The position numbers were made by a program, and so were the translations under genes. A DNA stretch of 64,000 nucleotides from an uncultured Chloroflexia bacterium (lineage in GTDB: Bacteria > Chloroflexota > Limnocylindria > Limnocylindrales > CSP1-4): assembly GCA_963752475.1 (NCBI GenBank), contig CAVVYR010000006.1, positions 512,001 to 576,000 of the forward strand, in the 5' to 3' direction. The notes under the pieces were generated by a model. It saw only the letters and a list, made by a program, of their open reading frames with translations, did no database searches and had not been told where the DNA came from. Shown here piece after piece: positions 57,812 through 64,000 of this stretch (its first letter is position 1; each line of letters begins with the position of its first letter).

Positions 57812-59116
57812 ATGGATCATGATGCCTCCGAGATGACGAACACATCGGCCGAGCCTGACTCCGAGCGAAGCGGTCCGCGAGTGGCCCTGTTCGGTCTGGG
57901 TACCGTGGGCACTGCCGTGGCTGAGCGTCTGCTGGACCCGGCCTGGGCGGCAGGCGTGGTGGCCCGAGGGCAGGCGGCCCCGAAGCTCGTGGGCGTGGCC
58001 GACCTCGACCTCGAGCGCGATCGCGGCCTGGACATCCCCGATGACGTCCGCCAGGTCACCGACTATCACGAGTTGCTCGACGACGAGGTCGACGTCGTCG
58101 TCGAGCTCATCGGCGGCTCGGGTGTGGCAGGTCAGGCCGTGCTCGATGCCTTCGCCGCGGGCAAGAGCGTCGTCACCGCCAACAAGGACCTCATCGCCCG
58201 GCGTGGCTCGGAGCTGGAGGATGCTGCTCGCGAGTCCGGCCGGTCGCTGCGCTTCGAGGCCGCCGTCCTCGCCGGTGTGCCCGTCCTGGGTCCTCTGGTC
58301 GGCGAGCTCGGTGCCAACGAGGTGCAGGTCATCCGCGGCATCCTCAACGGCACCACCAACTACATCCTGAGCACCATGGGTTCCGATGCGCGCGAGTACG
58401 CCGACGTCCTCGCCGAGGCCCAGGCCCGCGGCTACGCGGAGGCGGACCCCGTCAGCGACGTGGAAGGCTGGGACGCGGCCTACAAGCTGGTCATCCTCAG
58501 CCGCCTGGCGTGGGGTGGCTGGATCGATATCGAGCAGGTCCGGCGCAGCGCACCGGCCGTCGGTGGCGAGGCCGCTGACGGCATCACCGGCGTCCAGCGC
58601 AGCCACATGAGCGTGGCCGCGCGGCTCGGCCTCGTGCTCAAGCTCGTCTCCCGTGCGGAGCGTACCGGCGACGGGGTCCGTGGCGCGGTCACGCCCATGG
58701 CCCTCAAGGCCAGCTCGCGCCTGGGGGCTACCAGCGGCGTCACCAACTACGTCGAGTTCGGGGCTGACCCGGTCGGCCGCGTGTCGATGGCCGGACCCGG
58801 CGCGGGCGGCCCGGCGACCTCGAGCGCGATCCTCGCCGACGTCCTGGCTCTGGGCCAGGACGGAGGGTCCACCTGGGGCATCCTGCGACCGGCTGACCGC
58901 CAGGAGCTGGAGGACGACCTCGGCGGCGAGCGCGGCTGGCTCGTCATCATCGAGGGCCTGGGCGAGGCCGGCTTCCCCGATGCGGTCAAGGAGCTCGCGC
59001 TCGCCAGCACCGACGAAGGCTTCGTTTCCAAGCCCTCGAGCCTCATCGCCATGACCGCCAAGCTGGGGCTCGTCGAGCGCCCCGTGACCGTGTACCCCGT
59101 CCTCGCGGACGCCTAG
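57812..59116 (+). CDS. hom: Homoserine dehydrogenase
   Basis: GLGTVG, VTANK, NGTTNYIL, EADP..DVEG.DA..K and GPGAG motifs. Confidence 0.93.
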   Translation: MDHDASEMTNTSAEPDSERSGPRVALFGLGTVGTAVAERLLDPAWAAGVVARGQAAPKLVGVADLDLERDRGLDIPDDVRQVTDYHELLDDEVDVVVELIGGSGVAGQAVLDAFAAGKSVVTANKDLIARRGSELEDAARESGRSLRFEAAVLAGVPVLGPLVGELGANEVQVIRGILNGTTNYILSTMGSDAREYADVLAEAQARGYAEADPVSDVEGWDAAYKLVILSRLAWGGWIDIEQVRRSAPAVGGEAADGITGVQRSHMSVAARLGLVLKLVSRAERTGDGVRGAVTPMALKASSRLGATSGVTNYVEFGADPVGRVSMAGPGAGGPATSSAILADVLALGQDGGSTWGILRPADRQELEDDLGGERGWLVIIEGLGEAGFPDAVKELALASTDEGFVSKPSSLIAMTAKLGLVERPVTVYPVLADA

Positions 59117-59125
59117 GAGAAGCCC

Positions 59126-60235
59126 ATGAGTCAGGTCCTGCAGCAGCTCCGGGAGGAGCGATCGAGCATGGGTCGCCGCCCGCGACTGATGGAGCGTTTC
59201 GCTGACTTCCTGCCGCTGACCGAGGCCACGCCGGCGCTGGGGCTGGGAGAGGGCTTCACGCCCCTGGTCCGGGCCTGCAACCTCGGCCAGGCCCTCGGTA
59301 TCGAGCGTCTGTACCTGAAGGTGGAGGGCCAGAACCCCACCGGCTCGTTCAAGGATCGCGGCATGGTCGTGGCTGTGGCCAAGGCCATCGAGGGCGGCGC
59401 GCGCGCCGTCATCTGCGCCTCCACCGGCAACACCAGCTCCTCGGCCGCCTGCTACGCCGCCAGCGCCGGCATCGAGGCCGTCATCGTGCTGCCCAAGGGC
59501 AAGATCGCCGCGGGCAAGATGCTCCAGGGCCAGGCCGCCGGAGCGCGCGTGGTGGCCATCGAGGGCAACTTCGATGACGCCCTGCGCATCGTGCGCGAGA
59601 TGACTGCCGAGCGTGACCCCGACTATCCGGTCGAGTTGGTCAACTCCGTCAACCCGTATCGCCTCGAGGGCCAGAAGACGGCCGCTTTCGAGATCTGCGA
59701 GGACCTCGGCGCAGTGCCCGACTACCTCGCCATCCCGGTCGGCAACGCGGGCAACATCAGCGCCTATTGGAAAGGCTTCAAGGAGTACCGCGACGCGGGC
59801 CTGGTGGGCTCGACGCCGAAGATGATCGGCTTCCAGGCCGAGGGCGCCTCACCCCTGGTGCAGGGTCATGACTTCGACGAGCCTCACACTATCGCCACTG
59901 CCATCCGCATCGGCCGACCGGCCAGCGGCCACCTCGCGCTCGCCGCGCGGGATGAGTCGGGCGGGCTGATCGACGCCGTCACCGACGAGCAGATCCTGGC
60001 CGCCTATCGCGACATCGCACGCACGGAGGGCATCTTCTGCGAGCCTGCTTCGGCGGCTTCGGTGGCTGGTGTGCGCAAGGCGGTGGCCGATGGTCGCGTC
60101 GACCCACAGGCGACGGTCGTGGCCGTGCTCACCGGCCTGGGCCTGAAAGACCCCGACACGGCCATGCGCCTGGCCGATCCGAACCTCGAGGCGGAGCCCA
60201 CGGTCGAGGCCGTTCGCGGCGCCCTCGGCTGGTGA
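59126..60235 (+). CDS. thrC: Threonine synthase
   Basis: NPTGSFKDRG, ASTGNT, PVGNAGN and EPASA motifs. Confidence 0.94.
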   Translation: MSQVLQQLREERSSMGRRPRLMERFADFLPLTEATPALGLGEGFTPLVRACNLGQALGIERLYLKVEGQNPTGSFKDRGMVVAVAKAIEGGARAVICASTGNTSSSAACYAASAGIEAVIVLPKGKIAAGKMLQGQAAGARVVAIEGNFDDALRIVREMTAERDPDYPVELVNSVNPYRLEGQKTAAFEICEDLGAVPDYLAIPVGNAGNISAYWKGFKEYRDAGLVGSTPKMIGFQAEGASPLVQGHDFDEPHTIATAIRIGRPASGHLALAARDESGGLIDAVTDEQILAAYRDIARTEGIFCEPASAASVAGVRKAVADGRVDPQATVVAVLTGLGLKDPDTAMRLADPNLEAEPTVEAVRGALGW

Positions 60236-61233
60236 GTGCCGTGCGCTCCGGCGCCGACCTCATCGGGCGTCGGATCACGGTCGATGTCCCCGCCACCACG
60301 GCCAACCTCGGCGCGGGTTTCGATGCCCTGGCCATGGCCCTCGACCTGGCCACGATCATCGAGGTCGAGGCCATCCCGCCCGATACCGAGCCGGCCTTCC
60401 ACGTCGACGTCCACGGGGAGGGAGCAGGGCACCTGCCGACCGGGCGACGCAACCGCTTCATCAGCGCGCTCATCGACGGGCTCGAGGATGCCGGCATGGA
60501 TGCCTCCGGCTGTGGCTGGCACGTACGCATGGACAACCGCATCCCCGTCACCCGTGGCCTGGGCTCATCGGCTTCGGCCACGGTGGCAGCGCTGGTGGCC
60601 GCCGACGAGCTGCTCGCCGGCGCACTCGGAGACCAGCGCATCCTGGAACTGGCAGCCATCGCTGAAGGGCACCCCGACAACGCCGCCGCTGCGGTCTACG
60701 GCGGGCTCTGCGTCGTGGCCGATGTCGCAGGCGAGCCGCGGGCCATCCGCATCGAGCCGCCCGCGAACCTCCTGGCTGCGCTCTACATCCCGGACAAGCA
60801 CCTCTCGACCGCGGCCATGCGCGCGGCCCTGCCGGAGCACGTGCCCTTCGCCGATGCCGTACACAACGTCGGCGCGGCCACCCTCACCGTGGCTGCGCTC
60901 AGCGAAGGGCGGCTCGACCTGCTCGGCGCCGGTACCGTCGATCGCCTGCACGAGCCCTACCGCGCGGCAGCCTATCCTGAGCTGCCGGAGCTCATCGAGG
61001 CGGCGCTCGCCGCTGGCGCCAAGGGCGCTTGCATGTCGGGCGCCGGCCCCACCGTCATCGCCTTCAGTGACGAAGGCGCGGCCGCGGCCACCATCGCGGC
61101 GGCCATGGAGCGCCGTGCCCAGTCACTCCGGATGAGGGGACGAGCCGCGGTACAGGCGGTCAGGCTTGAAGGTGCACACGTGATCGGGCGTGCTGGTGCG
61201 CCGCCGGAAAGCGCATCGCTGCCGCTCGCGTAG
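60232..61233 (+). CDS. thrB: Homoserine kinase
   Basis: PATTANLGAGFD, RGLGSS, EGHPDN and SGAGPT motifs. Confidence 0.94.
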   Translation: MSAVRSGADLIGRRITVDVPATTANLGAGFDALAMALDLATIIEVEAIPPDTEPAFHVDVHGEGAGHLPTGRRNRFISALIDGLEDAGMDASGCGWHVRMDNRIPVTRGLGSSASATVAALVAADELLAGALGDQRILELAAIAEGHPDNAAAAVYGGLCVVADVAGEPRAIRIEPPANLLAALYIPDKHLSTAAMRAALPEHVPFADAVHNVGAATLTVAALSEGRLDLLGAGTVDRLHEPYRAAAYPELPELIEAALAAGAKGACMSGAGPTVIAFSDEGAAAATIAAAMERRAQSLRMRGRAAVQAVRLEGAHVIGRAGAPPESASLPLA

Positions 61234-61242
61234 ACTCGAGGC

Positions 61243-62511
61243 ATGTCCCGACTCATCGTCCAGAAGTACGGCGGCTCCTCGCTCGCAGATGCCGAGCGGA
61301 TCCGCCACGTCGCCGGGCGCATCGCGCGCGACCGCCGCGAGGGCGCAGACCTCGTGGTCGTCGTCAGCGCCATGGGTGACACCACCGACCACCTGACCGA
61401 GTTGGCTGCGGCCATCACCGATGAGCCCGATCCGCGCGAGATGGATCTGCTCCTGGCCACCGGCGAGCACATGAGCGGCACGCTCGTGACCATGGCGCTC
61501 CACGCGCAGGGCATCGAGGCCGTCTCGCTGACCGGCCCTCAGGCCGGCATCCGCACCGACACCGCCCACGGCCGTGCGCGCATCGCCAACATCGACCCCG
61601 CGCGGATGCACCGCGAGATCGAACGCGGCCGCGTCGTCATCGTGGCCGGCTTCCAGGGCTCCACGGCCGAGTCCTACGACACCGCTGAGATCACGACCCT
61701 CGGCCGTGGTGGCTCCGACACCACCGCGGTGGCGCTGGCCGCGCGCCTCGGGGCAGATGCCTGCGAGATCTACACGGACGTGGAGGGCATCTTCACGACC
61801 GATCCGCGCGTCGTTCCCGACGCGCAACTCATCCCCACCATCGGCTACGAGGAGATGCTCGAGCTCGCCCATCAGGGCGCGACGGTCATGCAGACCCGAG
61901 CCGTGGAGCTGGGTTGGGTCAACGACGTCGTCATCCGGGTGCGCTCCACGTTCAGCGACCACCCCGGCACCAGCATCCAGGAGGTTTCCGCTGTGGAGCT
62001 GCGAGACAAGGTCCGGGCCATGGCCCTCGACCGCAAGGTGGCCAAGGTCACCATCGTGGGTGTGCCCGATCGCCCGGGCATCGCCAGGTCCATCTTCGAG
62101 CCCATGGCCGACCAGGGCCTCAACGTCGACATGATCGTGCAGAACGTCGGCCACGACGGCAGCACGGACATGTCCTTCACCGTCGAGCGTTCCAACGTCG
62201 CCCGCACCGAGCGACTGCTCGAGCTGCTGGGCAAGGAGCTCGGTTTCGAAGACGTCCAGACCGACCCCGACGTGGCCAAGGTCTCGATCGTGGGTGAGGG
62301 CATCCATAACCACCCTGGCTATGCCGCCCAGATGTTCGGCGCGCTCGCGGACGAGGGCATCAACATCAGCATGATCTCGACCTCGGAGATCCGTATCACC
62401 TGCATCATCGCCGAGGACCAGATCGACGCCGCCGCCAAGGCCATCCACCGCACCTTCAGGCTGCAGGAGCCGGAGACCGCCGACCCGACGGCGGGACTCA
62501 CCGCTGGCTGA
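61243..62511 (+). CDS. lysC: Aspartate kinase with two ACT domains
   Basis: VQKYGGSS, VSAMG, LGRGGSD and STSEI motifs. Confidence 0.94.
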   Translation: MSRLIVQKYGGSSLADAERIRHVAGRIARDRREGADLVVVVSAMGDTTDHLTELAAAITDEPDPREMDLLLATGEHMSGTLVTMALHAQGIEAVSLTGPQAGIRTDTAHGRARIANIDPARMHREIERGRVVIVAGFQGSTAESYDTAEITTLGRGGSDTTAVALAARLGADACEIYTDVEGIFTTDPRVVPDAQLIPTIGYEEMLELAHQGATVMQTRAVELGWVNDVVIRVRSTFSDHPGTSIQEVSAVELRDKVRAMALDRKVAKVTIVGVPDRPGIARSIFEPMADQGLNVDMIVQNVGHDGSTDMSFTVERSNVARTERLLELLGKELGFEDVQTDPDVAKVSIVGEGIHNHPGYAAQMFGALADEGINISMISTSEIRITCIIAEDQIDAAAKAIHRTFRLQEPETADPTAGLTAG

Positions 62512-62524
62512 GCTCGCGGGAGGC

Positions 62525-63325
62525 GTGCCCGAGTTCGTCTCCCGCTTGGAGCGATTCGACCGCGTCGGTTCGACGCAGGCCGTCGTGCGCGGCTGGCTCG
62601 ACGAGGGTGGCGACGAGGTCTGCGTCGCGGTGGCCGACGTCCAGAGCGACGGCCGTGGTCGACTCGACCGCATCTGGCAGGACCGCCCCGGCGGTTCGCT
62701 GCTCGTCTCGGTCGGCTTCCGACCCATGGGCATCTCCGCCGTCCACGCCTGGCGACTGCCGGCCATCGTCTCGATCGCCATGCTCGGTGCGGCCACCTCG
62801 CTCCTGGGGCCGACGGCCGACCGCCTGGCGTTGAAGTGGCCCAACGACATCATCGCTGTCCATCACGGCCGGCTGCGCAAGGTCGCCGGCGTGCTCACCG
62901 AGTCGGGGCTGCAGGGTGATCGACTGAGCACCTCGGTCGTGGGCATCGGAGTCAACGTCGACTGGGCCAAGGGCGACTACCCCCATGAGCTGGCTGACTC
63001 CATGTGGAGCCTGTCAGAGGCGTCCGGGCGTCGCCGCATCGATCGGGACGCGTTGCTCTCGGCTTGGCTGGAGCGGCTCGGCCCACTCTACGAGGATCTG
63101 AAGTCGGGCCACTTCGACAGCCTGCGCTGGGCCGACGCACAGATCCAGACCGGTGCCACGGTCGAGGTCCAGACCGGCGCGGACGTGATCAGCGGTATCG
63201 CCGTCGGCGTCGACCGTGATGGCGGGGCGCTGCTGGTGCGGACGGGACCTGGCCGGCCCTTGAGCGCGATCGCCGTGGGCGACGTCTTGCGCTGTTCGGT
63301 GGATGACGCCGACGCAACGGTGTAA
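62525..63325 (+). CDS. birA: Biotin-protein ligase lacking the N-terminal HTH
   Basis: GRGRLDR.W, KWPND, KVAGVL and GIGVN motifs. Confidence 0.9.
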   Translation: MPEFVSRLERFDRVGSTQAVVRGWLDEGGDEVCVAVADVQSDGRGRLDRIWQDRPGGSLLVSVGFRPMGISAVHAWRLPAIVSIAMLGAATSLLGPTADRLALKWPNDIIAVHHGRLRKVAGVLTESGLQGDRLSTSVVGIGVNVDWAKGDYPHELADSMWSLSEASGRRRIDRDALLSAWLERLGPLYEDLKSGHFDSLRWADAQIQTGATVEVQTGADVISGIAVGVDRDGGALLVRTGPGRPLSAIAVGDVLRCSVDDADATV

Positions 63326-63341
63326 CGGCTAGACTTCGTCG

Positions 63342-63935
63342 GTGTTCTGGAAGGGGAGAGGGCGTAGTGAGTCCGCGGCTGTCGTCGTTCCGTTCGATGC
63401 GGATCGGCCGGCGGTCGAGGCCGCCAAACGGGATCCTGGCGCCTTCGAGCAGCTGTATCGGAAGTACGTGGCCCAGATCTACTCACTCGCGCTCTACGAG
63501 ACTCGTGACCCGCACGCCGCGGAGGACATCACCGAAGGGGTGTTCCTGAGGGCGTTCGCGGCGTTGCCGCGTTTCCGCGAGCAAGGCGAGGGCGAGGCTT
63601 CGACGTTCAAGTCGTGGCTCTACACCATCGCTCGAAACGCCATCTCCAACGAGCGACGACGCGATCGTCGCCATCCGGAAGACCCCATCGAGCTGGCGCT
63701 CGACCTGCGCGCGCCCGATGACCCTGCCGCTACCGCCGAGACGCGCATGGAGACACAGCGCGCGTTGCAGGCAGTGATGGAGTTGCCGCCCGAGCGCCGT
63801 CAGGCTGTCGTGCTGCGCTTCGTCAACGAGCTCAGTGCTCGGGAGATCGGCGAGATCATGGGCAAGTCGGAGGGCGCCGTGCGCGTGCTGATCCATCGCG
63901 CACTGACCTCGGTGCGGCAGCGACTGGAGCCATGA
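63342..63935 (+). CDS. ECF RNA polymerase sigma factor
   Basis: AEDIT, WLYTIARN and region 4 EIGEIMG..GAVR..IHRA. Confidence 0.9.
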   Translation: MFWKGRGRSESAAVVVPFDADRPAVEAAKRDPGAFEQLYRKYVAQIYSLALYETRDPHAAEDITEGVFLRAFAALPRFREQGEGEASTFKSWLYTIARNAISNERRRDRRHPEDPIELALDLRAPDDPAATAETRMETQRALQAVMELPPERRQAVVLRFVNELSAREIGEIMGKSEGAVRVLIHRALTSVRQRLEP

Positions 63936-64000
63936 CCAGGACGCCAGAGTCCGCGGCCCAGCTAGACGACGCCATCGACGCCATCATCAGGAAGGCCGGT
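63932..64000 (+). CDS. Start of a coupled gene, possibly an anti-sigma factor (truncated)
   Basis: ATGA overlap with the sigma stop; MTRTPESAAQLDDAIDAIIRKAG stays open to the window end. Confidence 0.5.
   Translation, partial: MTRTPESAAQLDDAIDAIIRKAG

Noticed and set aside
1-64000. tRNA/rRNA genes, prophage, IS elements or defence islands
   Set aside because: No cloverleaf, rRNA-like tract, integrase, transposase or phage structural motif was recognised by eye.

Overview
High-GC bacterial chromosome window, mostly core metabolism. The lineage is inferred to be Chloroflexota-like, from the SWIM-finger protein, the rpsU style and the Firmicutes-like dnaJ-prmA-hit-rpsU-yqeY-7TM/HD-ybeY and pth-mfd gene order; this was not verified by search. 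Contents: ABC-2 exporter, ycaQ-like glycosylase, dnaJ/prmA, acyl-CoA ligase, LCP protein, rpsU (missed by the ORF track), mfd split by one extra base, coxDEF-like genes, a SAM-cycle cluster (apt, degenerate mtnA, GNAT, ahcY, metK), a duplicated sulfotransferase+GT4 module interleaved with GDP-mannose genes, a cobalamin riboswitch with btuFCD-like genes, vapBC, a GcvT-like gene with two FAD oxidoreductases, surE, trpS, hom-thrC-thrB-ask, birA and an ECF sigma. No rRNA, tRNA, CRISPR array, transposase or integrase was seen. Best leads: (1) an orphan near-consensus sigma70 promoter driving a highly structured ~170-nt non-coding tract at 2.4-2.6 kb; (2) an MtnA/eIF2B-family pseudo-enzyme in an apt-GNAT-ahcY operon; (3) a putative sulfated mannosyl-glycan system; (4) a family of long intergenic palindromes, one flanked by a 15-bp direct repeat; (5) ten genes with a leaderless TAnnnT-N6-start layout; (6) an unannotated 40-aa membrane peptide. 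All calls come from reading motifs by eye; no database search or folding was run.
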